A DNA stretch of 64,000 bases, from IMG/VR virus record IMGVR_UViG_3300037483_001170, positions 42,781-106,780 of that record; one strand, written 5' to 3'. Shown one piece after another: positions 35,987-45,321 of the stretch (positions are counted from its first letter, which is position 1; every line of letters starts with the position of its first letter). Origin of the DNA: a virus. A model generated the notes under the pieces. The model worked only from the letters and a program-made list of their open reading frames with translations, was not told the origin of the DNA and did no database searches. The position numbers and the translations under genes are program-made.

Positions 35987-36687
35987 TGCACCCCGGGATA
36001 CCCCGAAAGACGGGCATGTGCAAGCTCAAGCGACTTCAGCGACAGATCGTTGCCCCAAAAGCTACGGCCGGCCTTGAGCGCCGCCTCGCCTGCCGATGCG
36101 CTCCCCATGAACGGATCGATGACGATCTCACCGGGCTGCGTGCTCTGCTCGATCAGGATGCGGTTCAGCTCGACCGGCTTCTCGGTCGGGTACCGTCCCC
36201 GCACCTTCGGCACTGGAAGGACGTCGCAGATCGAGAGACTATTCAGCTTTCGCTTCCCCTTCTCGAAGAAGAGGATGAACTCCCTGCTGGAGCGCCAGTG
36301 GTAACCGAGCCCAGGATCGAGCTTGCAGCGATTCTTCGAGCCTACCTTGACCCAGACGAGCGACTTCCAGAACGTGAACCCGGCGGCGCGGCCTAGTGGC
36401 TTCACGACGTCCGCTGTTTCTTCATCGCAGAAGAAGTAGAGATGGCGGTCCTTCTTTAGGACCCGGTAGCACTCGCGGAGAAAGCCTGGGAAGTAGCTGT
36501 TCTGCACCACGTCAAACCAGGCGTTGCTGCTTCCGTCGCTGACCTTCAGGCGCGTGGTCGTGCCAACCTTTCGGTGTTTTTCGAGCGAGGCGTATGCCGG
36601 ATCTGTGTCAATCAGGTCAACGCTGGCGTCCGGCAGCGTTCTCAGCCACTCCGTCGCATCGCCTTGATGCAGCCACAGATCGCTCAT
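35929..36687 (-). CDS. DNA N6A/N4C methyltransferase (beta class)
   Basis: TDPAY motif IV, PTEKP, DPFMGS motif I. Confidence 0.9.
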   Translation of the reverse strand: MSDLWLHQGDATEWLRTLPDASVDLIDTDPAYASLEKHRKVGTTTRLKVSDGSSNAWFDVVQNSYFPGFLRECYRVLKKDRHLYFFCDEETADVVKPLGRAAGFTFWKSLVWVKVGSKNRCKLDPGLGYHWRSSREFILFFEKGKRKLNSLSICDVLPVPKVRGRYPTEKPVELNRILIEQSTQPGEIVIDPFMGSASAGEAALKAGRSFWGNDLSLKSLELAHARLSGYPGVQCLTALSNVAPPPQTRLAL

Positions 36688-37106
36688 GGCGCCTGTCTCT
36701 GTTTCTCCGCAAAGATCTCGGCAGCACGGTTCACGCACGGCTCGCAGATGTACACGGCCTCTCCGCATACGAGCCGGGCTCGCTCTCCGCAGAACGAGCA
36801 GTGCCCGTCGACCAGGCGTACGCTGTCGTCCGCCGCAAACGCCTTTCGTTTCGCCCGCCACTGCTCTAGCGTCTGCGCATCGAACGGCGGACTTTCGCGG
36901 AGGTTGGTCTCCACGCCGCATGCCGCACACGTGAACGACCACATCTGGTCCAGGTCTCGACCCATGAAAGACCGCTCCCACGTGTACACGTCAGCCTGCT
37001 CGACAAGCAGAGTGGCGCCACAGCCGCCGCCGTCGCGGCCCTTGCCTGTGCACTCGAACTCCTTGGCCCAGCCCTTCTGCGCCCTACCAGGCTTCAGGAC
37101 CTTCAT
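36684..37106 (-). CDS. Zn-ribbon protein with ClpX C4-type zinc-finger tail
   Basis: GCGA..CAACG; CSFCG..LVCGEAVYICEPCV. Confidence 0.7.
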   Translation of the reverse strand: MKVLKPGRAQKGWAKEFECTGKGRDGGGCGATLLVEQADVYTWERSFMGRDLDQMWSFTCAACGVETNLRESPPFDAQTLEQWRAKRKAFAADDSVRLVDGHCSFCGERARLVCGEAVYICEPCVNRAAEIFAEKQRQAP

Positions 37107-37534
37107 TCGTTGGCCCTACCGTTCCCTGCATCCAGACGACGCTGCACGATCGCGCCCATACGTCTGAACTCCTCTTTCCTCTCTTCGAGGGCTGCGACCA
37201 TGCCATTGCAGAGCTGGACCAGGCGCTCTTTCGTGACGAAATCGTCTCCTTCGCGCGGTGGATACGATATGACCTGGCAGAAGTCCTTTGAAGTGCCAGT
37301 CGTGGCCGGATGGTCTGTCAGCCTGACCTTCAGACAGAAGACGAGATCGTACGACCTCACGTCCGACGCGAACTCGGCAACCAGATCTCTGCCATATCCA
37401 TGCGTGTAATGATGGTGCGTGTTGCCCAGCTTCATGCTGATGTCGTACGGACCTGTGGTCGGCAGGTCTTTCAGTACCGTATCGGCATCGGCGATGGTCT
37501 TGATGTCCTCGCCGTCAACCTTGATCTTCGTCAC
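37103..37534 (-). CDS. hypothetical protein
   Basis: Coupled ORF. Confidence 0.55.
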   Translation of the reverse strand: MTKIKVDGEDIKTIADADTVLKDLPTTGPYDISMKLGNTHHHYTHGYGRDLVAEFASDVRSYDLVFCLKVRLTDHPATTGTSKDFCQVISYPPREGDDFVTKERLVQLCNGMVAALEERKEEFRRMGAIVQRRLDAGNGRANE

Positions 37535-37734
37535 GAGCCGTCTCCCTTGTCGCCGCCGAGCAGCCCCACCTGGTTCAGGTTCGCATCCGGCGAGATCGCC
37601 TCCGCCAGCTCACGAATCGGCCGCTTCATCTTCAGGATGCGCTTGCCGGCCTCGGCGAGAACATGCACCGCGACCTTGTCGAGCCCTGATAGCTCCATCC
37701 TGGCCGCATGCTTCACTGCGTCGTCGAGGGTCAC
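37531..37734 (-). CDS. hypothetical protein
   Basis: Coupled ORF. Confidence 0.5.
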   Translation of the reverse strand: MTLDDAVKHAARMELSGLDKVAVHVLAEAGKRILKMKRPIRELAEAISPDANLNQVGLLGGDKGDGS

Positions 37735-38324
37735 TCTCCACTCCCCAGCATCGGCATCCAGGGCGCCGTTCCTGTCCGGTACGACTCCGCCAGTGCCGGC
37801 AGCGCCTGGGAGCCCACGGTCTTGCCGTTCGGCATCAGCATGTCCGCGAGGAACTCGCGCTCGACCGTCGAGTCGCCGGTCGCGATCATCTCCAGCTTCG
37901 CCTTCACGAGCAGCAGCTGTGCACGCCAGCGGCGGCGCTCTTCAGCCGCAATCCAGTGCGCTGCGCGATCGCCCTCGCTCTTCTCGTGCTTCGCCAGCTC
38001 GCGCGCGTACTCCGCAGCGAGCTTCCTGTCACGCTCTTCGCGCAGCGTTTTCTCCCGAGCGCTTTCCCACTTCTTCGGCTTCGTCAGCGCGGGCTCAACC
38101 GGCGCCTGCTTCTTTTTCGGCGCCTGCTCGCGGCGCGGCGTCCGCACTTCAAGACGGAACATTCGCTCCGCGAGCTTGAAGCCCACCATCGACGAGCCCG
38201 TCTTCTCATCCGAGGCGGAGAAGAATGCGGTCGCGCCGTTCTTCTTGAGCAACAGCTCGATCTCGGCGCGCGACTTCTCGACCGTCACCGATGTGCCGTC
38301 GGCGTAGCGCCTGGGTCCAGTCAC
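37731..38324 (-). CDS. conserved hypothetical phage protein
   Basis: YA.GTSV..EKSRAEIE..RRRWRA.LL.VKAKLE..EFLA motif. Confidence 0.7.
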   Translation of the reverse strand: MTGPRRYADGTSVTVEKSRAEIELLLKKNGATAFFSASDEKTGSSMVGFKLAERMFRLEVRTPRREQAPKKKQAPVEPALTKPKKWESAREKTLREERDRKLAAEYARELAKHEKSEGDRAAHWIAAEERRRWRAQLLLVKAKLEMIATGDSTVEREFLADMLMPNGKTVGSQALPALAESYRTGTAPWMPMLGSGE

Positions 38325-38785
38325 GACCGCTCCTTGAACGCGAGCTTTTCGCCGCATCCCAAGCGCAGGGCGTGCGGCAGGCACACCTGGTGCTCACCCG
38401 TGCGCGGCGGATAGTCCTCGTATTGAGACCAGGTGCAGCCCTCGACCTCGCACTTCGGGATCCGAGCGTTTTCTTCTGGCGTCCTACGCCAGTACCCCTG
38501 GTCGCCGCGGAACGTAATCGCTGGCGGCGGCGCGTTGCCTTCTGTACTCACCGGCGGCCTTTCATGAGGGACTGGATGACTTGCATGGTCAGCTCGCTAT
38601 CGTGACGTCGCCGCTCCAGCGCCGCCGGCAGATCTGGTTCATTCGCCAGCGCAATCAGCTTCGACGCCTGAGCGTGCTCGTACGCAGCGCGTTCTTTCTT
38701 ATCGCGTGCCCACAGCTCGTCTGCAAGCCTACGAAGCTCTGCCGCCTCAGCGCGTAGCTCTGCCCGCTTGACGGCGTGCGGATCG

Positions 38786-39142
38786 CTAGTCATCAAGGAC
38801 GACGACCCGCAGCTCGTCTCGAAGCCGCTTCAGGTACCCAGTGTCCGACAGTGCAACGCGGCCGACCTTCGGATCGTGGTACATCATCTTCGTTCGATAC
38901 GGCATGTTGTCGCCTGGAAAATCATCGTGGCCGTACCAGCGGGCTTGCTCCTCCTGATCTGGGCGCTCCGCGGTGGGCTCGTACGGCTCTGCCCACATTT
39001 TGAAACCGCGAGCGAATGCCTGGCACTGCCGGATCGCCTCCTCGTCTGTATAGGCCGTAATCCGGTACGCGTCCGGCGTCTGCTCGTTGTACTCGTCGGT
39101 CACGACGACGACGTAGTCTCTTGCCCGCTGCTCGTCCGTCAT
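38786..39142 (-). CDS. hypothetical protein
   Basis: GGAG SD, ATGA coupling. Confidence 0.55.
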   Translation of the reverse strand: MTDEQRARDYVVVVTDEYNEQTPDAYRITAYTDEEAIRQCQAFARGFKMWAEPYEPTAERPDQEEQARWYGHDDFPGDNMPYRTKMMYHDPKVGRVALSDTGYLKRLRDELRVVVLDD

Positions 39143-39534
39143 GCGCACTCCAGCTTCGGATCGTCGTAGTCCGACTCGGAACCGTGGTTCGCGTCGACCA
39201 GTGGGCCCGCCTTCGCCTCCAGCGCGCCGTGCTCGATCAGCCACGTCGTGAGGTCGTCCTGATCGGCCACGGTCACGGGTCCCACGTTCCTGTTCGTGCC
39301 GTATCGACGGTTGCACTGCGTGCACCGGCGACGGGTGCAGAGGCGATGGACGAACGCACCCGTATCAGGGCCGCCGCCGATACCAAGCTGACGACTTTCC
39401 ACGAAGTCGATCATGTCCATCAGCAGCGTATCGTGATGGTCCGGCGTCCACTCGATCGGGAACCGCGCGATGAGCATGAACCCGAACTCAGCGTACTCGC
39501 CGACCTTCCGCTTCTTTCGCAGCCGACGCCTCAT
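39139..39534 (-). CDS. YggL / DUF469-like 50S ribosome-associated protein
   Basis: RRRLRKKRKVGEYAEFGF..FVES..L.IGGG..WL..GPLVDA matches the YggL pattern. Confidence 0.75.
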   Translation of the reverse strand: MRRRLRKKRKVGEYAEFGFMLIARFPIEWTPDHHDTLLMDMIDFVESRQLGIGGGPDTGAFVHRLCTRRRCTQCNRRYGTNRNVGPVTVADQDDLTTWLIEHGALEAKAGPLVDANHGSESDYDDPKLECA

Positions 39535-39773
39535 GTCCGCCTCGCAATGCGCCTGAACAGCGCCTCCAGCGGATCGCACTCCAGAAAAAGCGCGAGCGTC
39601 TTGTTCCGTACATCACTAGCGCTCGTGAGCTGCGCAAGCGCCTCGCGTACCTCGGGCGACATGCGCTCCACGATCTCGCCCGGCACGCCGGTCGGCGGCC
39701 TCATCTTTGACTGGCGCGTCCGCCACCAGAGACCACGATCGATCGTCAGGCGAAGTGCGTCGTCAGGCCTCAC
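39531..39773 (-). CDS. hypothetical protein
   Basis: Coupled ORF. Confidence 0.45.
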   Translation of the reverse strand: MRPDDALRLTIDRGLWWRTRQSKMRPPTGVPGEIVERMSPEVREALAQLTSASDVRNKTLALFLECDPLEALFRRIARRT

Positions 39774-40102
39774 GTACTTGCCCCATACTTCTTCTGGAGC
39801 GCCGCGAGCGTGTCGCGTTCATCCTGCTCTTTTTTCGTCGCCCGTGCGGCTCTACGCGCAGCAGCGACCTCTTCGCGCCAGACGTCCAGCGGCACGAGAA
39901 CGCTCGCGCCTATCTCGTAGATCTCTACAGACTCGCGCTCCGACTCGCCAGACGTCCACTCGCTGACCTGATCTTTATCAGCGCGTAGCCGCTCCAGGCA
40001 GTCATCCATCGATTCGGCCCTCATCATGTCCACTCGGACGCCACAGCCGATCGTGTAGTCGCAGCCGTTCGCCTGTCTCTCGACGATCAGAAAGTTCTTC
40101 AT
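39770..40102 (-). CDS. hypothetical phage protein
   Basis: GCDYTIGCG motif; GGAGG SD. Confidence 0.6.
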   Translation of the reverse strand: MKNFLIVERQANGCDYTIGCGVRVDMMRAESMDDCLERLRADKDQVSEWTSGESERESVEIYEIGASVLVPLDVWREEVAAARRAARATKKEQDERDTLAALQKKYGAST

Positions 40103-40923
40103 CCGCACGCCCTCCGCACAATGCCCGGGCTTGGAGCGTCGAGGCCATCGCCCGTGAGCACCAGGCCCTTCGCGATCCACGGTCGCGCCAGCCGGCGCGA
40201 CAGTAGCGCAACGTCTTGGTGCGCTAGCAGCTTCGCCAGCTGGCCCTTGGACACCACTTCGGCGAGCGCCTGTACGCGAGCCGGATCGTAGACCTCGTCG
40301 AGCGTGTTGAAGTCGCGCAGCAGCTTCGCTGCCGTCTTCGCGCCAAAGCCAGGCACGCCGGGAATCCCGTCCGCCGTATCACCCACCAGGCCGAGATAGT
40401 CGTACAGCTGTCGCGGCTGGATGCCGAAGCGCTCCACGAATGTCTCGCGCGTGACGTCCGCGCCCTTCATCGGATCGTGGTAGCCCACGTTCTCGAACGC
40501 GAGACAGCCGAGCAGGTCCTTGTCCGACGACACGACGACATAGCGCGCGCCGGCCTCCTGGCCCAGAAGCGTGACGATCAGATCGTCAGCTTCGTACGCA
40601 TCACGTTCGATGACAGCAACGCTCACGTCCTTGAGCGCCTCGAAGAACCGCGGCGCCTGCGCCGCGAACACCGGATAGTGCGCCTTCCGCTCGGCCTTGT
40701 AGGCCGGATACTCAGCGCAGCGCAGCGATGGGACAATCGAATCCCGGACAACTGCCATGCGTTTCACGTCGAGCTTCTCCATCGTATTCGCGAGCATGCC
40801 GCACGCGTGAGCGATGAACTTGTCGTCAGTCGTCGGTGTCGTCGCAGCAGTGTCGCCGTAGACGACGTACATCGCGCGATGCAGGTAGGCTGCGATGTCG
40901 AAGAGGAAGATGGGGTCGGACAT
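40099..40923 (-). CDS. 5'-3' exonuclease / flap endonuclease (PolI N-terminal / T5 D15-like)
   Basis: YKAER, EADD, SSDKD, GDTADGIPGVPGFGAKTA H3TH. Confidence 0.92.
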   Translation of the reverse strand: MSDPIFLFDIAAYLHRAMYVVYGDTAATTPTTDDKFIAHACGMLANTMEKLDVKRMAVVRDSIVPSLRCAEYPAYKAERKAHYPVFAAQAPRFFEALKDVSVAVIERDAYEADDLIVTLLGQEAGARYVVVSSDKDLLGCLAFENVGYHDPMKGADVTRETFVERFGIQPRQLYDYLGLVGDTADGIPGVPGFGAKTAAKLLRDFNTLDEVYDPARVQALAEVVSKGQLAKLLAHQDVALLSRRLARPWIAKGLVLTGDGLDAPSPGIVRRACG

Positions 40924-41131
40924 CCCTACGGCACCCAGTCGGGAGTCCGGCCGACGTAGCCATCGACCGCGCTGGCGCTGACCGCGGACGATGGCTTCCA
41001 GATGACGATCGCGTCCTTCGGGCCGGTCTTGGCCTTTCGGATCACGGCGAGCGCCTCGTCGACGCTGACCGGATCGCGCTCGTCGAAGAACGCGTAGGAG
41101 CCGCCGCATCGGAAGTAGTTGTTCGTCGCCA

Positions 41132-41611
41132 TCAGCCGTCTTTCTTCTGTCGTCGAGCGTCGTCGAGCCCGTATGCCGCGATGAGTCGCACGTCGAACTC
41201 GCGCGCGGCGATTAGCAATGCTTGCGTGCCCTTGCGATCGCCCTTCGCCCACGCCTCATCGGCCTGCTTACGTCGGTCGGCAGCCTCCGTGCGCAGGCTC
41301 TCCAGATGATAGGAGTCGATCATCTGATTTAGCGCGCGGATGATCGTGTCCGAGTGACGCACGCATGGAAGCTCGCCTATCTCCCCTAGAGCTGCCATGC
41401 GCTCGGCGCGACGCTCGTCAGCGCTCAATGCGGCGGCCGTCTGTCCGTCCCGCATCTCCTCGTAACGCTGAAGAAGCACGATGAGCTTCTCGTCGATCCT
41501 GTATGTAGCCTGGCCCACCCGGTCGATGTCCTGCCGAAGCACATGGGTGTCTCCGCTCACAAGCGCGGCCCGGAGCGACGACACCCATGCGTCCATTTCG
41601 GCAGAGGTCAC
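41132..41611 (-). CDS. hypothetical helical protein
   Basis: ORF in operon context. Confidence 0.55.
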   Translation of the reverse strand: MTSAEMDAWVSSLRAALVSGDTHVLRQDIDRVGQATYRIDEKLIVLLQRYEEMRDGQTAAALSADERRAERMAALGEIGELPCVRHSDTIIRALNQMIDSYHLESLRTEAADRRKQADEAWAKGDRKGTQALLIAAREFDVRLIAAYGLDDARRQKKDG

Positions 41612-41615
41612 GCGT

Positions 41616-42026
41616 TCACTTCTTCGGAGCAGACGGGAAGTACTTCGTCGCGCGCTTCTGGCCCTTGCGGGAGATGAGCTTCGCCGCGAGCAGCTTCTTG
41701 ATCGGGAGAGCAAGGGCCGCGGTGCCGATCTTCAGGCCGGGGCCGATCTGCTCCACGCCCTGACCCGGGTTGGCCTTGATGTACTCGCCGGTCGCGTTCA
41801 CCAGCGAAGCGAGCGCCTCTGGATCGCGCTTCTGGCCCGTCTTCCCGGTCACCGCACGCTTTCCGTGACCGTTGCTGCCGTTCGTACGGTGAACCTTGCC
41901 AGTCGTCGGGCCGCCGATGGCCGAGAGCGCCTTCATCGCATCCTGGAGGCCCTCCTGCCTAGCGATGACGCTGAGCCTGGTAGCAAAGGACTCGATCTCG
42001 GCACGAATCTGAGAGGAAACGGTCAT
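41616..42026 (-). CDS. myxobacterial-type basic DNA-binding (winged-helix, nucleoid-like) protein
   Basis: KRDPE.L..L....YIKANPGQGVEQI...L..ALPIKKLL..K.ISRKGQKRATKYFP. Confidence 0.75.
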   Translation of the reverse strand: MTVSSQIRAEIESFATRLSVIARQEGLQDAMKALSAIGGPTTGKVHRTNGSNGHGKRAVTGKTGQKRDPEALASLVNATGEYIKANPGQGVEQIGPGLKIGTAALALPIKKLLAAKLISRKGQKRATKYFPSAPKK

Positions 42027-42077
42027 GGTCTGGAACTCCAGTCTTGTATGGTGTGCAACGCTTGCACGCTCGCGGCC

Positions 42078-42105
42078 ATCATAACCGCCATGATGGAACA
42101 TGCAA
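42078..42105 (-). promoter_or_regulatory. sigma70-type promoter
   Basis: TTGCAT-N16-TATGAT, followed by GTGCAA-GCG-TTGCAC inverted repeat. Confidence 0.55.
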
Positions 42106-42137
42106 GTTCCGTCTCGACTAACGGCCTCCCGCGCGCT

Positions 42138-42740
42138 TCAGAAGGGTATGGCAGCGCCGAGAATCTCCTTCATCTGGAGATCGCCGAGCGCCGCACGAAT
42201 GGTCGCCAGCTGACCTTCGGCACACCTTAGCTTCACGCTACTCTCCTTCAGTGCAGCACGGTGCTCCACGAGCGCGGCGTTAAGAGCGCGAAGGTTCGTG
42301 TCCGCGCGAGAGCGCTCGCGCTCCACCTGCTTCTCGGACTCCGCGAGCGCGTCGGCTACCTTCTCGCTGTCCTTGACGAGGGTTTCGATCTGCGCGTTCA
42401 GGCTGCGCGTGCAGTCTTCCAGGTCTTGAATCTTCAGACGAAACTCTGCCGCCTCGGTCTCGCGGCTCTTCACAAGAAGGAAGCGAAGCACCGTGCCGAT
42501 TTGCTCGCCGCGCACCTCAGGCGTGGTCGTCCAGCCATTCGACTGCGAGCTGTACTCCGCAGCCTTCACCACGTACGAAATAGGCGCAGAACACGGCAAC
42601 GGCCGCACAAGCCGCCAGCCGTCGCGCGTAAAACGCTCCAGGTTCCCCTCGTCCGTCACCGTGTGCGTGCCGTCCTCGTACACGATGCCGGCCCCGTTGC
42701 AGTCGTTCATGGCCTCGACCCTTGCACAGGTGTCCGACAC
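42138..42740 (-). CDS. coiled-coil hypothetical protein
   Basis: 200-aa ORF ending in IPF. Confidence 0.55.
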   Translation of the reverse strand: MSDTCARVEAMNDCNGAGIVYEDGTHTVTDEGNLERFTRDGWRLVRPLPCSAPISYVVKAAEYSSQSNGWTTTPEVRGEQIGTVLRFLLVKSRETEAAEFRLKIQDLEDCTRSLNAQIETLVKDSEKVADALAESEKQVERERSRADTNLRALNAALVEHRAALKESSVKLRCAEGQLATIRAALGDLQMKEILGAAIPF

Positions 42741-42792
42741 GCGTCAAGAGCTTCCGACACACTTTTCTGGGACCCGTGCTACGGTTGCCCGC

Positions 42793-43035
42793 ATGTCGAA
42801 GTACGCGATCATCCATCGCGAGCGCGGGCTGCTGGAAGTCGTCGACGGATCCCGCGCCGACGCCTTGCGAGCGGCCTCAGACCTAACGGACGGTCCGGTC
42901 TGGTTCGACTGCGAGAACGGCCAACAGCTGTTGGCCGACTACGTGAGCGGTGGGATCCCCTTCACCGCGTACGACATCGTCGTCATCCCCTGCGAAGACC
43001 GTAGCGGGCTTCTCGTGACGACCAGCCGCGGCTAA
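42793..43035 (+). CDS. hypothetical protein (leaderless)
   Basis: TACGGT 7 nt before the ATG. Confidence 0.55.
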   Translation: MSKYAIIHRERGLLEVVDGSRADALRAASDLTDGPVWFDCENGQQLLADYVSGGIPFTAYDIVVIPCEDRSGLLVTTSRG

Positions 43036-43041
43036 GATGCG

Positions 43042-44664
43042 TTAGGCCTCGCTCTCGTTGTCCGCTTCGCGAGTCAGCTCGTCAGCGTACGATTCGTCGT
43101 GCTGATCGGCGGTATCGTCCGGCTCGCCTGCGTCAGCGTCATCGTCAGCGTCGTCCATTCCCGTCAGGCACGCAAGACGCTTCAGGTCCACGGTAGAACT
43201 GGCGCTTGTAGCGACGACCTGAGCAAGGATCTGAGCGCAATAGTCGCCCGCTTTGTACGTGGGGTCCGGTATGCCGAGGCTCTTCTCCCACGACCGCATG
43301 TACGACTCGATGTTCTCCCGGCCGACGGGATTCGCCGAGTGCACGTACCACCTGGGCACGCCATAGCCATTCTCGAACAGCCAGCGCAGAAACCGTACCG
43401 CGTCGTAGCGTTCGTCCGGGCGCTTGGCGTCACATCCGAGATCGTGATCCAGCGCCATCGTGTTCGGCAGCCCGTACTCCTCGACCATGCGGATGGCGTG
43501 GTCGACCGACTTCGCCCAGCGCCAGTCGACGTCTAGCAGGCCGTTCTCGACATACTGCGCGTACCGGGTGCCGAGGCATGCCTCGCCATTGTCCGGAGCG
43601 AGTACGACGCGCGGGTCGCGCTCGTCATCGAGCCACAGGTACCACGTGCCCTGCTCGCGCTTCACGCGCTCGGCATTCCGCGTCGACTCCTTCTCGCAGA
43701 GAACGCGTGCGGCGGAAATGCCCGCCATGATGCCGTCCCGCGTCATGGCGCGGTCGGCGATCGTGCCGTCATTCACGAACGCGCGAAAGATCTCAGAGTC
43801 GGTCATGAGCTGGAACGCAGGCAGACGCGTGCGCCAGCCGGCAGGCGCCGACCAATGACGGTCCTGAGCGTGCTGCCATCGCCACCGCTGCGTCGAGAGA
43901 CGCTCCTCCGGCGACATCAACCGCCCATAGTCCGAGAGCACTTCGGCCGCAAACGCGTCCAATCCAGGAACGCCGGGGCCATCGAGACGCGAGTCCACGA
44001 GAGAGACATTCGAGAGCCAGCCGTCCACAACCGCTCGCACCGTATCAGGCGGCGGCGGCTTACCGCTCACCTGGTCGCACGCGCTCAACAGCATCGCCGA
44101 CAGCTCTCGCAACGGCAGACTGAACACGGCCGACGGCACTGCCTGGCGCCAAGGGTTCTCAGTGGCCAGAGGTTCGCCGTCGACATGAACGCGAATCCGA
44201 CCGCGCGGCCGCTTGTCCGATCCCTCCACCACCACCAGGTACTCACCGCCGCCGAACCTCTTGGCGATTTCCTTCTCTGTGGTCAGCCGATCTCGATAGC
44301 CCTCGCGATGAACCGGCCCATGGTCGAGCCAGTCCCTCTCGACGAAGCCGGGACGAGCGCTCGGCAGCGACCGCTTGTAGCCTGGCACGCGATACAAGGT
44401 CCATTCGAGGCCAGGCCCCTCGTAGCCATCCAGGAAATCGGCGAGTGTCTTAGGCCCGAAAGCCTCGGCCTCCATCTCGCACGTCTTCTCCGGCCACAGA
44501 GCGCCGAGACGCCTGGCAGTCCTGTCCCAGCCCAGCTCATGGTCTCCGCTGTCTTCGAGCGCCGAGATCGCCTCCGTACTGTCCCAGGCCGGCAAGAACT
44601 TGTCTCGCCCGCCGAAGATGCTGGACGAGAAGATCCCGCCGTAGTCGTCATCCCAGTCGGTCAT
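43042..44664 (-). CDS. multidomain protein with C-terminal cyclic-phosphate-processing receiver (cREC) domain
   Basis: YLWLDDERDP..ALDHDLG..VHSANPVG; GGAGG SD; acidic tail. Confidence 0.8.
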   Translation of the reverse strand: MTDWDDDYGGIFSSSIFGGRDKFLPAWDSTEAISALEDSGDHELGWDRTARRLGALWPEKTCEMEAEAFGPKTLADFLDGYEGPGLEWTLYRVPGYKRSLPSARPGFVERDWLDHGPVHREGYRDRLTTEKEIAKRFGGGEYLVVVEGSDKRPRGRIRVHVDGEPLATENPWRQAVPSAVFSLPLRELSAMLLSACDQVSGKPPPPDTVRAVVDGWLSNVSLVDSRLDGPGVPGLDAFAAEVLSDYGRLMSPEERLSTQRWRWQHAQDRHWSAPAGWRTRLPAFQLMTDSEIFRAFVNDGTIADRAMTRDGIMAGISAARVLCEKESTRNAERVKREQGTWYLWLDDERDPRVVLAPDNGEACLGTRYAQYVENGLLDVDWRWAKSVDHAIRMVEEYGLPNTMALDHDLGCDAKRPDERYDAVRFLRWLFENGYGVPRWYVHSANPVGRENIESYMRSWEKSLGIPDPTYKAGDYCAQILAQVVATSASSTVDLKRLACLTGMDDADDDADAGEPDDTADQHDESYADELTREADNESEA

Positions 44665-44701
44665 CGCGATCCTCCGGCGAGCGCCCAGCTCGCGCCCGAG
44701 A

Positions 44702-45061
44702 CTACTCGCCCAGAATCTTGCCTACTAGCACGCCGAGTCGGTCGAGCTTTTCGTGCGCCAGCAGGTGTTCGAGAGCGAGCCGGTGCCATTCTTCGGCGAC
44801 ACACCAGGCACGACCCACCGCGAGGGCCTCGGCGCACTCCTCGAAGATCGGCATGCTCCAGAGCGACGGCTTGGCCTCGGTGCCCGTAACGCCTGGAGCC
44901 ACATCAACAAACCGCCAGACCTCAACCCGCCACCGCCGCGCGCCGCCGTATCGGTTCAACGTCAGCTGGGCTTGCACCAGCCACTCGCCTCGCGTCTGAC
45001 TGCGATCGCTGACCCACGTCCAGTCGTCACGGCATGGCACAACACTGTCTGACACGGCCAT
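44702..45061 (-). CDS. hypothetical protein
   Basis: ORF in operon context. Confidence 0.5.
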   Translation of the reverse strand: MAVSDSVVPCRDDWTWVSDRSQTRGEWLVQAQLTLNRYGGARRWRVEVWRFVDVAPGVTGTEAKPSLWSMPIFEECAEALAVGRAWCVAEEWHRLALEHLLAHEKLDRLGVLVGKILGE

Positions 45062-45063
45062 GG

Positions 45064-45261
45064 CTACGCCGCAACCTCGACTGCGTCCTGTGGCCGCACC
45101 TCGACGAGCTTTCGGCCGATCTTCAGCACAAGGAGAACCTTCCGGCCGTCCGCCCGAAAGCGACGGAACTCGCCGATGACGTCGTCGCCACCCTTGCTGC
45201 GTACCTTCACCCTGAGCCCAACGCGAGGCGACCCATCAGCCATGAACTCCGCGATCTTCAT
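45064..45261 (-). CDS. small SH3-like/beta-rich hypothetical protein
   Basis: 65-aa ORF. Confidence 0.45.
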   Translation of the reverse strand: MKIAEFMADGSPRVGLRVKVRSKGGDDVIGEFRRFRADGRKVLLVLKIGRKLVEVRPQDAVEVAA

Positions 45262-45321
45262 GATGGGGCAGGATGTCGGACACTGGCCAGAGAGTCAACA
45301 GGCGTGGCACACTCGGGCCCG

